Below are positions 28,850-39,007 of a DNA stretch of 64,000 bases, in pieces; position 1 is the stretch's first letter; each line of letters opens with the position of its first letter. The notes beneath the pieces were generated by a model. It was given only the letters and a program-made list of their open reading frames with translations, was not told the origin of the DNA and did no database searches. Both the position numbers and the translations under genes were made by a program. Origin of the DNA: an uncultured Bacilli bacterium (GTDB lineage: Bacteria > Bacillota_I > Bacilli_A > RF39 > UBA660); the NCBI GenBank assembly GCA_934154785.1, contig CAKPGL010000002.1, forward strand, positions 75,805 through 139,804, read 5' to 3'.

Positions 28850-29639
28850 AATAAGAATAGTGAATGATAAGATAGATTTCATGGAAATTGATGATTCTAT
28901 TGAAATTTCATTCAAAGAAAAAAATGATAATTATCTTGTTAATGTTATAAAAATAATTATTCATAAAAATACAGAGTTAGATATAGATTATAAAATACTA
29001 GAAGATAGTAAATTAGATTTATTCATTAATATCAAAAAAGAAGCAAACGCTAAAATATATGAACACGCTAATGGAGAATATTTAAAAGTTCAATATAAGT
29101 ATTATTTAGAAGAAAATAGTCTTTGTGATATTTATAAAACAAGTAACTTAAAAGGTACTAAAGAATATACTATTATAAATTTAAATGGTAAATCTAGTAA
29201 TGTTAAAAGAGTTATTAAGACTGTTTCAACAAGAAATGAACAATACGATATGTTGGTTTATCATAATGCTAAAGAAACTGTTAGTAATTTAATTAATCAA
29301 GGTGTAAACTTAGATAATGGTAGTCTTACTTTTAATGTATCAAGTTTTGTTCCTAAAGATAATGTAGGTTGTGTAGTAGATCAAAATAATCGTATAATTA
29401 ACTTAACGCAAAATGAATGTATGATTAAACCTAATATGTATATTGATTGTTTTGATGTTACTGCTAATCATAGTGCTTTTGTTGGTGCATTTAAAGATAT
29501 GGAACTTTTCTATTTACAGAGTAGGGGTATACCTAAAGAAGTTGCTTTAAAATTATTAATAAATGGTTTTTTAATATCTAATTTACCGATAGCAATGCAA
29601 GATGATTTCAAAGATGTATCTGAAAAGTATTGGAGGTGA
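28842..29639 (+). CDS. sufD: Short SufB/SufD-family protein (265 aa).
   Basis: C-terminal SufBD motif ...ANHSAFVGAF...LFYLQSRGIPKEVALKLLINGF. Lacks the long N-terminal beta-helix of full-length SufB/D. Confidence 0.6.
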   Translation: MNKIRIVNDKIDFMEIDDSIEISFKEKNDNYLVNVIKIIIHKNTELDIDYKILEDSKLDLFINIKKEANAKIYEHANGEYLKVQYKYYLEENSLCDIYKTSNLKGTKEYTIINLNGKSSNVKRVIKTVSTRNEQYDMLVYHNAKETVSNLINQGVNLDNGSLTFNVSSFVPKDNVGCVVDQNNRIINLTQNECMIKPNMYIDCFDVTANHSAFVGAFKDMELFYLQSRGIPKEVALKLLINGFLISNLPIAMQDDFKDVSEKYWR

Positions 29640-29643
29640 TTTC

Positions 29644-30837
29644 GTGAATCGTGAAGATTTTCCAATGTTAAAACAAAATATAGTTTATTTAGATAATGGC
29701 GCAACAACATTTAAACCTTATGTTTTATGTCAAACTTTAAATGATTATTATATGAATTATACCGCTAATGCACATAGAGGAGACTATGATATTAGTTTAA
29801 AAGTAGATGAAATGTATGAAACTACTAGAAATAAAGTAAAAGATTTTATTAATGCTGAAAAACGTGAAGAAATAATATTTACTAGTGGTTCTACAGATTC
29901 ATTAAACAAAATCGTATTTGGATATTTTAAATATTATTTAAAAGAGAATGATGAGATTATTTTAAACAAAGCTGAACATGCTTCAAACATCCTACCTTGG
30001 GTAGAACTAGCTAGTGATTTAAATTTAACTATTAAATATGCTGAATTAAATGAAGAATATAGTCTTACTTTAGACGCTATAAAAGCTTGCGTTACTCCTA
30101 ATACTAAAGTTATTTCTTTAGCACAAATTACTAATGTAGTAGGCGATGTACGTGATATAAAAAATATAATTAAATATGCTCACGAACGAGGTATCTTAGT
30201 AGTTGTAGATGGAGCTCAAAGCGTGCCACACATGAAAGTAGATGTTCAAGATTTAGATATAGACTTCTTAGCATTTTCTGCTCATAAAATGTGTGGACCA
30301 ACTGGTTTAGGCATTTTATATGGTAAAGAAAAATATTTAAATAATACACATCCTATCATCTTTGGTGGTGGAATGAATGCTACATTTACTAGTGAAAATG
30401 TACGAGTATATAAAGAAATACCTTATTCCTTAGAAGCAGGTACTCCTTCTATAGCGGATGTAATAGCGTTTTCTTCAATTATTGATTACTTAAATAATAT
30501 TGGTATGAAAAATATTGAAAAATATGAACAAGAATTAAAAGCATACGCTATAAATAAATTAGCAAATGTAAAAGACATTATAATTTATAATAAAAATACT
30601 ACAAGTGGAATTATAACTTTTAATATTAAAGATGTATTTGCTCAAGACTTAGCTATTTATTTAAATAAATATCACATCTGTGTTAGAGCAGGTAACCATT
30701 GTACTAAAATGCTTAAAGAGGATTTAAATATTAAAAATACTTGTCGTGCTAGTTTTTATTTCTATAATACTAAAGAGGAAATTGATTATTTAGTAAAGGT
30801 GTTAAGTAATCCTAAATTAAAAGAAGAAATATTATAG
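29644..30837 (+). CDS. sufS: Cysteine desulfurase SufS (class II aminotransferase). The GTG start after the SD GGAGGTGA was chosen.
   Basis: DFPML...VYLDNGATT N-terminus, PLP-lysine region SAHKMCGPTG, and C-terminal TCRASFYFYNTKEEID. Confidence 0.8.
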   Translation: MNREDFPMLKQNIVYLDNGATTFKPYVLCQTLNDYYMNYTANAHRGDYDISLKVDEMYETTRNKVKDFINAEKREEIIFTSGSTDSLNKIVFGYFKYYLKENDEIILNKAEHASNILPWVELASDLNLTIKYAELNEEYSLTLDAIKACVTPNTKVISLAQITNVVGDVRDIKNIIKYAHERGILVVVDGAQSVPHMKVDVQDLDIDFLAFSAHKMCGPTGLGILYGKEKYLNNTHPIIFGGGMNATFTSENVRVYKEIPYSLEAGTPSIADVIAFSSIIDYLNNIGMKNIEKYEQELKAYAINKLANVKDIIIYNKNTTSGIITFNIKDVFAQDLAIYLNKYHICVRAGNHCTKMLKEDLNIKNTCRASFYFYNTKEEIDYLVKVLSNPKLKEEIL

Positions 30838-30925
30838 TAGACATTAAAAAGGTAGACTTTCTCTACTTTTTTTGTTATAATTGTTTAGTCCTAAAAAGAA
30901 ATTTATTAAAGGAAAGGAGTATTTT

Positions 30926-32572
30926 ATGAGTAAAATAAAAATATTTAGTTTAGGTGGATTAAATGAAATTGGAAAAAACATGTATGTAATAGAAGTTGAT
31001 AAAGATATATTTGTATTCGATGCGGGTTTAAAATATGCTGATGATTCAATGTTAGGAGTAGATTATGTAATACCTAATTATGATTATCTAAAAGCAAATA
31101 AAGATCGTATAAAAGGTATTTTTATTACACATGGTCATGAACAACAAATGGGGGCTTTATCTGATATTTTAATAGATATACCTGATTTAAAAATATATGG
31201 AACTAGTTTTACATTAGAAGTAATTAAAAATCAATTATTAGAAGACGGAATAAAAAATAGTAATTTAATAGAGGTAAAACCACATCATAAATTAAATTTA
31301 GGTGTTTGTAGTATTTTCCCTATAACTTTGACACACTCTGTACCAGATTCAGTAGGTTATGTTTTATATACACTAGATGGTGCTATATTCTATACTGGTA
31401 ACTTTGTTTTTGATTCTACTATGATGGGAGCATATAAAACAGATATTGGTAAATTAGCGTATGTAGGAAAACAAGGCGTATTATGCTTACTTAGTGAGTC
31501 TATGTATGCTGATAAGAAAGGGTATACTTCGCCAAATCATAGAGCATCAGGAATAATTAAAGAAACTTTAGGTATAAATAATGGACGTATATTATTTAAT
31601 ATATCTAGTTCACAATTATATCGTATTCAAGAATTATTTACAGAGATTATGAAAACCAGTCGTCATGTAATTATAATGGGTAAGAGTTTAGAACAAGTTG
31701 TTTTAAAATCTATTGATAAAGGATATATCAATTTTGATAAGACTAGAATATCTAATATTCATCAAGCTGATGATCCTAATGTAGTAGTAATAATTTCTGA
31801 TGAAAGAGAAAAACCCTTTTCTAATATTAAAAGAATTATTAAAGGGTACGATAAATTTGTTACAATTACTAATAAAGATACAGTAGTTTTTGCATCTCCA
31901 GTATATGAGGGTATGGAAAAGAGTTCTACTAAGGTATTAGATGATATTGCTAAAATAGGTGCTAATATAATAACATTACCAGAGAAAAAATATTTATCTT
32001 ATCATGCTTCTAGTGAAGATTTGATGTTAATGTTAGATTTAATGCAACCAAAATATTATTTTCCTATAAATGGTGAATATCGCCATCAGGTTGCTAATAA
32101 AGAAGTAGCGATGCAAATAGGAATGAAAGAAGAAAATATTATCTTAAGTTTAAATGGTGATGTTTCAATATTTAATAATGGTGTTTTAAATCCTACTAAG
32201 GAGAAAGTAAAAACAGATGAAATTTTAATAGATGGTAAATCTAATGGTGATATAGGTGAATTAGTATTAAAAGACCGTGAACTTTTAAGTGATAATGGTA
32301 TAGTTATAGTAACCGCTACTTTAGAAAAAGTAGGTAAAAAAGTATTGGCGGGTCCAGAAGTATTAACTAGAGGATTTATTTATGTTAAAGAAAGCAATGA
32401 TTTAATTAAAGAAGCAGAAAATATTTCTGCTAGTATAATCGAGGCAAATACTAAACATAATTATGTTGATTATAACAATATTAAAATTGAAATTCGTGAT
32501 AAAGTAGGTAAATATTTTTATGACCAAACAGAATGTAAACCAATGATTTTAGTCGTAATACAAGAAATTTAG
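30926..32572 (+). CDS. rnj: RNase J-family protein with a degenerate active site (RNase J2-like pseudo-nuclease).
   Basis: Colinear with B. subtilis RNase J1, but HGHEDH is HGHEQQ, HTGD is YTGN, and PIHGEYR is PINGEYR. Confidence 0.75.
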   Translation: MSKIKIFSLGGLNEIGKNMYVIEVDKDIFVFDAGLKYADDSMLGVDYVIPNYDYLKANKDRIKGIFITHGHEQQMGALSDILIDIPDLKIYGTSFTLEVIKNQLLEDGIKNSNLIEVKPHHKLNLGVCSIFPITLTHSVPDSVGYVLYTLDGAIFYTGNFVFDSTMMGAYKTDIGKLAYVGKQGVLCLLSESMYADKKGYTSPNHRASGIIKETLGINNGRILFNISSSQLYRIQELFTEIMKTSRHVIIMGKSLEQVVLKSIDKGYINFDKTRISNIHQADDPNVVVIISDEREKPFSNIKRIIKGYDKFVTITNKDTVVFASPVYEGMEKSSTKVLDDIAKIGANIITLPEKKYLSYHASSEDLMLMLDLMQPKYYFPINGEYRHQVANKEVAMQIGMKEENIILSLNGDVSIFNNGVLNPTKEKVKTDEILIDGKSNGDIGELVLKDRELLSDNGIVIVTATLEKVGKKVLAGPEVLTRGFIYVKESNDLIKEAENISASIIEANTKHNYVDYNNIKIEIRDKVGKYFYDQTECKPMILVVIQEI

Positions 32573-32637
32573 TTTTCTTGTATTTTTTAGATTTACTAAA
32601 CTAATTTGTTTTAGTATAATAAAAAAGGAGATGAAAT

Positions 32638-33045
32638 ATGTTAGTAGGTAGTTATGGCTCTTTAGTAATGAAAGATAATACTATTAAAATCCCTAAAAAG
32701 TTACAAGGTGATTTTAAGAGTAGTATAATTGTAAGTTTTGATGCAAGTTTAGAATGTATTGTTATTATACCTATAGAGCGCTTGCCAAAGATTCAAAAAA
32801 AAGCAGAAAAAGCAAATAGTATGTTTGTTTCAATACTAAATAATTCAAAAACTTATTTGGTAGAAAAACCTGAAGTCTTAAAGATAGACCCAAATTTTCT
32901 GCAATTGGCAGGTATAAAAAGGGAATGTGTATTTTTAGGAATGTTAGATTATGTAGAACTTTGGGATAAAGAGAAGTTTGAGTCCTACTTTGCTAATATG
33001 GATGAAGAATACATTAAAGAGCAATTAAAAAAGTTTGGATTTTAA
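32638..33045 (+). CDS. Divergent MraZ paralog.
   Basis: Has the same length and two-repeat architecture as MraZ, but is weakly similar to the canonical copy downstream. It has its own TTTACT-17-TATAAT promoter. Confidence 0.5.
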   Translation: MLVGSYGSLVMKDNTIKIPKKLQGDFKSSIIVSFDASLECIVIIPIERLPKIQKKAEKANSMFVSILNNSKTYLVEKPEVLKIDPNFLQLAGIKRECVFLGMLDYVELWDKEKFESYFANMDEEYIKEQLKKFGF

Positions 33046-33116
33046 TTAATAATCATTTGATTTAATTCAAGTGATTTTTATTTTTAGGAAAAATTAATAA
33101 AAAAGTGTAAAAAACA

Positions 33117-33180
33117 TTTACAAAAAGGGAATAAAATAGTACAATTGTGGTAGATAGTGGACGATAGTGGGGAAAAGTGG
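33117..33180 (+). promoter_or_regulatory. Pmra promoter (TTTACA-17-TACAAT) followed by an MraZ operator: four GTGG boxes at exactly 10-bp spacing.
   Basis: GTGG at 33147, 33157, 33167 and 33177, between the -10 element and the mraZ ATG at 33190. Confidence 0.65.
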
Positions 33181-33189
33181 TGATTATAC

Positions 33190-33624
33190 ATGTTTCTGGG
33201 TTCTTATTATTATACAATTGATGAAAAAGGAAGAATTGTTATTCCTGTAAAGTTACGTGCAGATTTGGGTAACGAATTTATTCTTACTTGTGACTTAGAT
33301 GGATGTTTATCACTTTATCCTAAAGCATCTTGGAATGTAATTATTGCTAAATACAAAGAATTACCAAATGTAAAAAATGCTCGTGCATATTTACGTTTTG
33401 TGTTATCGTCTGCTAGTAACTGCCAACTAGATAAACAAGGTCGATTAAGCATTAATTCTAATTTAATTCAATACGCAGGTATAAAGAAAGAATGTATCAT
33501 AATGGGTGTAGATGATCACCTAGAAATTTGGAGTAAGGAAAGATGGAATGAATTCCTTGCTAATAATCAAGATAATTTAGTAGCGATGGCTGATGAATTA
33601 TTTTATGGTACAAGTAATAAATAA
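33190..33624 (+). CDS. mraZ: Transcriptional regulator MraZ.
   Basis: MFLGSYYYTIDEKGRIVIPVKLR..., canonical MraZ. Confidence 0.85.
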   Translation: MFLGSYYYTIDEKGRIVIPVKLRADLGNEFILTCDLDGCLSLYPKASWNVIIAKYKELPNVKNARAYLRFVLSSASNCQLDKQGRLSINSNLIQYAGIKKECIIMGVDDHLEIWSKERWNEFLANNQDNLVAMADELFYGTSNK

Positions 33625-33626
33625 GT

Positions 33627-34544
33627 ATGCATATTAGTGTTTTATTAAACGAAAGTATTGAATATTTAAATTTAAAAGAAGATAGTGTAATAGTTGACTG
33701 TACACTAGGTTATGGTGGTCATAGTAGTAATGTGCTAAAGGAAATTAAAAAGGGGTTTCTTTTCGCCTTTGATCAGGATGAAGAAGCTATTAAATTTAGT
33801 AATAAAAGACTAAGCGAAATTGCTTCTAATTATGAAATTATTTATAGTAATTTTGTAAATATAAAAAAAGAATTAGAAAAAAGAAATGTTAAAGAGGTAG
33901 ATGGTATTTTATATGATTTAGGAGTATCATCGCCACAACTTGATCAAGCTGATAGAGGATTTAGTTTTCATAATGATGCAGTCTTAGATATGCGTATGGA
34001 TAAAAATCAAAGTTTGTCAGCACTAACTGTAGTAAATGAGTATTCTTTATCTGATTTAATAAGAATATTTCGTGACTATGGTGAAGAAAAATATGCTAGT
34101 AGTATTGCTAAAAAGATAGTTGACTATCGAAGTAATAAAGAAATTAGAACTACTGGCGAATTAGTAGACATAATTAAAACTGGTGTACCAGAAAAATATA
34201 GAAGAGAACATCATCCAGCAAGAAAAGTATTTCAAGCGATTAGGATTGAGGTAAATCATGAATTAGATGTTTTTGAAAGTAGTTTAAAGCAAGCTTTAGA
34301 TTTAATCAAAATTGGTGGTCGAATTTGTGTTATTACTTTCCATTCTTTGGAAGATAGAATTTGTAAAAATATATTTAAAGAAGTTAGTAGTGTTCCAAAA
34401 GAATTAGCGGGGTTACCAATAATTCCAAAAGAATATCAGCCTAAGTATAAAGTTATCGCTAATATAGCACCAACCAATACAGAAATAGATGAAAATATAC
34501 GTTCAAGAAGTGCTAGACTTCGTGTAATAGAAAGGGTAAGATAA
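33627..34544 (+). CDS. rsmH: 16S rRNA m4C1402 methyltransferase RsmH.
   Basis: HISVLL...GHS...YDLGVSSPQLD motifs. Confidence 0.85.
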   Translation: MHISVLLNESIEYLNLKEDSVIVDCTLGYGGHSSNVLKEIKKGFLFAFDQDEEAIKFSNKRLSEIASNYEIIYSNFVNIKKELEKRNVKEVDGILYDLGVSSPQLDQADRGFSFHNDAVLDMRMDKNQSLSALTVVNEYSLSDLIRIFRDYGEEKYASSIAKKIVDYRSNKEIRTTGELVDIIKTGVPEKYRREHHPARKVFQAIRIEVNHELDVFESSLKQALDLIKIGGRICVITFHSLEDRICKNIFKEVSSVPKELAGLPIIPKEYQPKYKVIANIAPTNTEIDENIRSRSARLRVIERVR

Positions 34545-34545
34545 A

Positions 34546-34836
34546 ATGAAAAAAAGAAAAATTGCAAAATTTACTAAAGGTGAAAAATTGCTTTATTGTT
34601 TTACTGCTTTTTCTATTGTAGCTATATTTTTAATAAAGATATTTTGTGGTGCTGGTGTTAGTAATCTAAAAATGAGTATTGAAAAAACGGAATATAAAAT
34701 AAATAACCAAAAGAAAACTAATGAGAGTTTAACTATGAAAGTTAATGAACTTACTTCTTTTGATAATATAAAAGAAGTAATTGAAGATTTAGGACTTGCC
34801 TATAACAACGAAAATATTATTATAATAGATAAATAA
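34546..34836 (+). CDS. ftsL: FtsL-like cell-division protein (small, TM plus coiled coil).
   Basis: Its position after rsmH, a single TM, and a short helical periplasmic part. Confidence 0.5.
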   Translation: MKKRKIAKFTKGEKLLYCFTAFSIVAIFLIKIFCGAGVSNLKMSIEKTEYKINNQKKTNESLTMKVNELTSFDNIKEVIEDLGLAYNNENIIIIDK

Positions 34837-34862
34837 CTGCTTTTTAAATAAGCAGTTTTATT
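34835..34862 (+). terminator. Rho-independent terminator AACTGCTT-loop-AAGCAGTT.
   Basis: Hairpin directly after the ftsL stop. Confidence 0.45.
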
Positions 34863-35051
34863 ATATACTTCTGATACTTTAACTTTAATGATGCTATTAG
34901 AAGAAAATATTAACGTATTTGAGATAACAATTTTTATAGACAATGTAACATATACTATAGGTACAAGTATAAAACCAATCAAAACAAAATATAAATATTA
35001 GAAAATTAGCTTAATAATAATGCTAATTTTTTAAAATTTGTATAAAATTAC

Positions 35052-35079
35052 TTGTAAATACATAAAATTATGATATAAT
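35052..35079 (+). promoter_or_regulatory. Putative sigma-A promoter for rpsB-tsf (TTGTAA-16-TATAAT) with a ~100-nt leader.
   Basis: Hexamers read directly from the sequence. Confidence 0.4.
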
Positions 35080-35183
35080 AATCTTGGCTTTTTAAAAAAC
35101 ATGTAAGTGAATTTTTATGCCTAGTGCCAATTGGTGGTGTAACTTAGAAACTTACAGAAGTAATAACAAAAGGAGGAATAAAA

Positions 35184-36206
35184 ATGACAGTTGTGTCTAT
35201 GAATTATTTATTAGAAGCTGGTGTTCACTTTGGACATCAAACAAAAAGATGGAATCCAAAAATGAAGGAATACATCTTTACTTCAAGAGATGATATTTAT
35301 ATTATCGATTTACAAAAGACTGCTAAGAAGATTGAAGAAGCATATGCTGCACTTAAAACTATTGCTGAAAATGGTGGTAAAGTTTTATTTGTAGGAACTA
35401 GAAAACAAGCTAGTGAAGCTACTAAGGAAGAAGCTTTAAGAAGTAATTCTTATTATGTAGCAGAACGTTGGTTAGGTGGAACTTTAACTAACTTCAAAAC
35501 TATTCGTAGAAGAGTTAAACGTTTAGACGAAATTGAAAAAATGGAAAAAGATGGTACATTTGATTTACTTCCTAAAAAAGAAGTTATCGGATTAAAGAAA
35601 GAATACGATAAGTTAAATAAATTATTATGTGGAATTAGAGAAATGAACAAATTACCAGATGCTTTATTTATAGTAGATCCTTCTAAAGAAGAAATTGCTA
35701 TTAAAGAAGCTAGAATTTTAGGAATTCCAGTATTTGGTATTGTTGATACTAACTGTGATCCTGATATGGTAGATTATGTAATTCCAGGTAATGATGATGC
35801 TATTCGTGCTGTAAAATTAATTATTGGTGTTATGGCTAATGCTATAGTTGAAGCACAAGGTGGTAAATTAGTTGATTTCGTAAGTTCTGATAAAGAAACA
35901 AAAGATGCTAGTGAAATTATGCAAAAAGCAGTAGATTCTGTTAAGAAAAAAGAAGATAGACCTAGAAGATTTGAAGAAGGTCGTAATAATAGAAGATTTG
36001 ATAATAAAAAATCATCAGAAAAAGTAGAAACTAAAAAAGAAGAAGCTAAAAAAGAACAACCAAAAGAAGTTAAAGAACCTGTTAAAAAAGCCGTTGTTGA
36101 TTTATCAACAAAAACAGTAAGTGAACTTCGTGATATGGCAAAAGAAAAAGATATCAAAGGTTATTCTACAATGAAAAAAGCTGAATTAATTGAAGCTTTA
36201 AATTAA
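35184..36206 (+). CDS. rpsB: 30S ribosomal protein S2 with a ~90-aa K/E-rich C-terminal extension ending in a Rho-N/SAP-like helix-hairpin.
   Basis: Canonical S2 core, plus the tail ...[30 protein letters not shown]. Confidence 0.9.
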   Translation: MTVVSMNYLLEAGVHFGHQTKRWNPKMKEYIFTSRDDIYIIDLQKTAKKIEEAYAALKTIAENGGKVLFVGTRKQASEATKEEALRSNSYYVAERWLGGTLTNFKTIRRRVKRLDEIEKMEKDGTFDLLPKKEVIGLKKEYDKLNKLLCGIREMNKLPDALFIVDPSKEEIAIKEARILGIPVFGIVDTNCDPDMVDYVIPGNDDAIRAVKLIIGVMANAIVEAQGGKLVDFVSSDKETKDASEIMQKAVDSVKKKEDRPRRFEEGRNNRRFDNKKSSEKVETKKEEAKKEQPKEVKEPVKKAVVDLSTKTVSELRDMAKEKDIKGYSTMKKAELIEALN

Positions 36207-36261
36207 AACTACTAAAGGGATGATTACATCCCTTTTATTTATATTTTAGAGGAGGTTAATT

Positions 36262-37140
36262 ATGATAACTGCTAGTTTAGTAAAAGAATTAAGAGAAAAA
36301 AGTGGTGCCGGAATGCTTGATTGCAAAAAAGCACTAGAAGCAAATAATGGTAACATTGATGCTGCTATGGATTGGTTAAGAGAAAAAGGTATTTCTAAGG
36401 CTGCTAAAAAAGCTGACCGTATTGCTGCTGAAGGTTTAGCTGCAATCATGGTTGAAGGAGATACCGCTGCTATAGTAGAAGTAAACTCAGAAACAGATTT
36501 CGTAGCAAAAAATCCAGAATTCATTGGAATGGTAGATACTATTTTAAAAGCTATTATTGCTGGTAATCCACAAACTGAAGAAGATGTTTTAGCACTAACT
36601 ACTGAAGAAGGTACAGTTAATGATTTAATCGTTAATAAGACCGCTAAAATTGGTGAAAAATTAAGTTTTAGAAGATTTGCTCGTATTACAAAGAGTGCTG
36701 ATGAATCATTTGGTTCATATATCCATGCTGGTGGAAAGATTGCTGTTTTAACAGTTTTAAAGGGAGCAAATGCAGAAGTTGCTAAAGATGTAGCAATGCA
36801 TGCTGCTGCAATGCGTCCACTTTATGTTCGTTCAACAGATGTACCTGCTGATGTTCTTGAAAAAGAAAAAGAAATTATTAAAGAACAATTAATAAATGAA
36901 GGTAAACCAGCTGATAAAGTTGAAATGATAATGGGTGGAAAAGTAAATAAATACTATGAAGAAGTTTGCTTAGAAAATCAAATTTTCATTAAGGCTGAAA
37001 ACAAAGAAACTGTTGCAAAATATGTTCAAACTAATGGTGGACAAATCATTGATATGATTCGTTACGAAGTAGGCGAAGGTATGCAAAAAAGAGAAGAGAA
37101 CTTTGCTGAAGAAGTAGCTAAACAAATGGAAGGTAAATAG
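36262..37140 (+). CDS. tsf: Elongation factor Ts.
   Basis: N-terminal UBA-like ITASLVKELREKSGAGMLDCKKAL. Confidence 0.9.
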   Translation: MITASLVKELREKSGAGMLDCKKALEANNGNIDAAMDWLREKGISKAAKKADRIAAEGLAAIMVEGDTAAIVEVNSETDFVAKNPEFIGMVDTILKAIIAGNPQTEEDVLALTTEEGTVNDLIVNKTAKIGEKLSFRRFARITKSADESFGSYIHAGGKIAVLTVLKGANAEVAKDVAMHAAAMRPLYVRSTDVPADVLEKEKEIIKEQLINEGKPADKVEMIMGGKVNKYYEEVCLENQIFIKAENKETVAKYVQTNGGQIIDMIRYEVGEGMQKREENFAEEVAKQMEGK

Positions 37141-37164
37141 AAGTTTATCTTCTTTTTAATACAA

Positions 37165-37818
37165 GTGTTAGATATAAAATATTATTCTAAATTAAAGCAA
37201 CAGTATGCTTCAGCATTAGGAATGGATTCTAATAATGCTGTTACAGAAGAGGTTTTATCATGGAACTATAATAACGAGATAAATGCCGAGTTCTATAAAT
37301 CAGCACTATTATCTAATTTAATTTTTTACTTTGATAGTAATTATGTTGAACTTGGAAAAGGTGCTTTTGATACTATTTTATCTGAAGATGATAAAGCAAT
37401 TATTTCTAGTGAGTTTAATTATACATTTAATGGCGATCATTTTAAAGGTAGAATATTTACTAATAATATTCAATTTAATAGTGTACCTTATGTATTAACT
37501 GAAAATAAAGAAACTAGAAGTTTCAAAATTTATAAATTTGATGAAGGTACTAAGTTTTTTACTCAAAATGTATATAGTTATGCGAATTTAGAACAAATGC
37601 GTGCGTTGAGTACCTTTGATAATGAAATAATAGTAGGTGCATTTGGTAATATAAATGATAAGGATAGACTAGCTAAGATTAAGATATTAAGAGATTTTAA
37701 AAACAGTTTATTAAGTGGTAATAGTAAAGAATACTATTATTATCAAAATGATAGTTATTCTTATTTCATTCAAAATATACCAGTTACACATAAAAAGAAG
37801 ACATTACATAATAAGTAA
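37165..37818 (+). CDS. Hypothetical protein (217 aa).
   Basis: ORF only. Confidence 0.35.
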   Translation: MLDIKYYSKLKQQYASALGMDSNNAVTEEVLSWNYNNEINAEFYKSALLSNLIFYFDSNYVELGKGAFDTILSEDDKAIISSEFNYTFNGDHFKGRIFTNNIQFNSVPYVLTENKETRSFKIYKFDEGTKFFTQNVYSYANLEQMRALSTFDNEIIVGAFGNINDKDRLAKIKILRDFKNSLLSGNSKEYYYYQNDSYSYFIQNIPVTHKKKTLHNK

Positions 37819-38391
37819 AATGTCTTCTTTTTTAATACTATGAACATTGTTTTCTATAATGTTTTCTATTTTTATATATTCTGTTTTAGGAATATTTACT
37901 ATATAAGTTATTTCACTATTAAATTCTTTATTTATAATTTGATAATTTTTTAAAGCATTATCAATTAATCTTGAATTATTATATTGAAAAGTTATTGTTA
38001 CTTTATAACCACTAACTATTTCGCCTAAGTCTTGATTTTCTAAGGCTTCTACAACTGAAGTTGTATACGCTCTAACAAGACCACCAGCACCTAATTTAAT
38101 ACCACCAAAGTAGCGAATTACAACTGCTAGTATTAAGTTTAACTTTTGACTCTCTAACACATTTAAAATAGGTATACCAGCAGTTCCGCTTGGTTCACCA
38201 TCATCTTGAAATCTTTTAATATTATTTATAATATAAGCATAGCATATATGAGTAGCGTCTTTATATTCTAGTTTTAGTCTATTTAAAATATTTATAACTT
38301 CTTCTTCATTATTTACTTGGTATAACATAGAAATAAATTTTGACTTTTGAATTATATATTCATGGGTAATATTATATTTTATAGTTTTCAT
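37804..38391 (-). CDS. yigZ: YigZ/IMPACT-family protein.
   Basis: Motif DDGEPSGTAGIPIL. Confidence 0.75.
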   Translation of the reverse strand: MKTIKYNITHEYIIQKSKFISMLYQVNNEEEVINILNRLKLEYKDATHICYAYIINNIKRFQDDGEPSGTAGIPILNVLESQKLNLILAVVIRYFGGIKLGAGGLVRAYTTSVVEALENQDLGEIVSGYKVTITFQYNNSRLIDNALKNYQIINKEFNSEITYIVNIPKTEYIKIENIIENNVHSIKKEDILLIM

Positions 38392-38493
38392 AAATTCACC
38401 ATTAAAATTATATCATTTATAATTTTAATTGTAAATTTGCTTTTTAAATAGTTGTATGTTATTATAGTTAACACAAAAGACGAGGAGAATATT

Positions 38494-38919
38494 ATGGCTA
38501 GATTTATAAATTATAGTATACTAGGTTTAGATTTAGATAGTAATGAAATTGATATAAGATCATCTTATATTAAAACTATGAGAAAAATTAGCAATATCAA
38601 ACATTTTAGTGAAAAAGAAAGAGATTATTATTATAATATTGTTATGGATGCTTACGCTACACTTAGCGATTCAAAAACTAGATTAGACTATAATAAAAGA
38701 TTAATTGCATTTCATGATAAATATATAGCTCAAATAGAATATATAGAAAATAGATTAAAAAAATTATATAAATTATCAAAAAATAAAGATGTTGTTAATG
38801 ATTTTGAAATTTGCAAGTTGACATTATTAAATTTACAATATGTTTTAAAAAGAAATTCTGATCTTTATTTAATGAATGATAAAAATAGTAAAATATTCGT
38901 GGCAAGACATAGTCGCTAG
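38494..38919 (+). CDS. J-domain-like protein lacking the HPD motif.
   Basis: YSILGLDLDSNEIDIRSSYIKTMRKISNIKHFSEKERDY...AYATLSDSKTRLDYNKRL follows the J-domain pattern, but HPD is replaced by HFS. Confidence 0.4.
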   Translation: MARFINYSILGLDLDSNEIDIRSSYIKTMRKISNIKHFSEKERDYYYNIVMDAYATLSDSKTRLDYNKRLIAFHDKYIAQIEYIENRLKKLYKLSKNKDVVNDFEICKLTLLNLQYVLKRNSDLYLMNDKNSKIFVARHSR

Positions 38920-39007
38920 TAAGCTCTATGTCTTTAATTTGTTAAGATATATTTTTATATTAAAAAGAATATAATTATGGTATAATGATAATAGGAACGG
39001 TGATAAG

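Noticed and set aside
35774-36524. Minus-strand ORFs 35774-36157 and 36246-36524
   Set aside because: They are antisense to rpsB and tsf, with Ser/Leu-rich translations typical of antisense frames of AT-rich genes.
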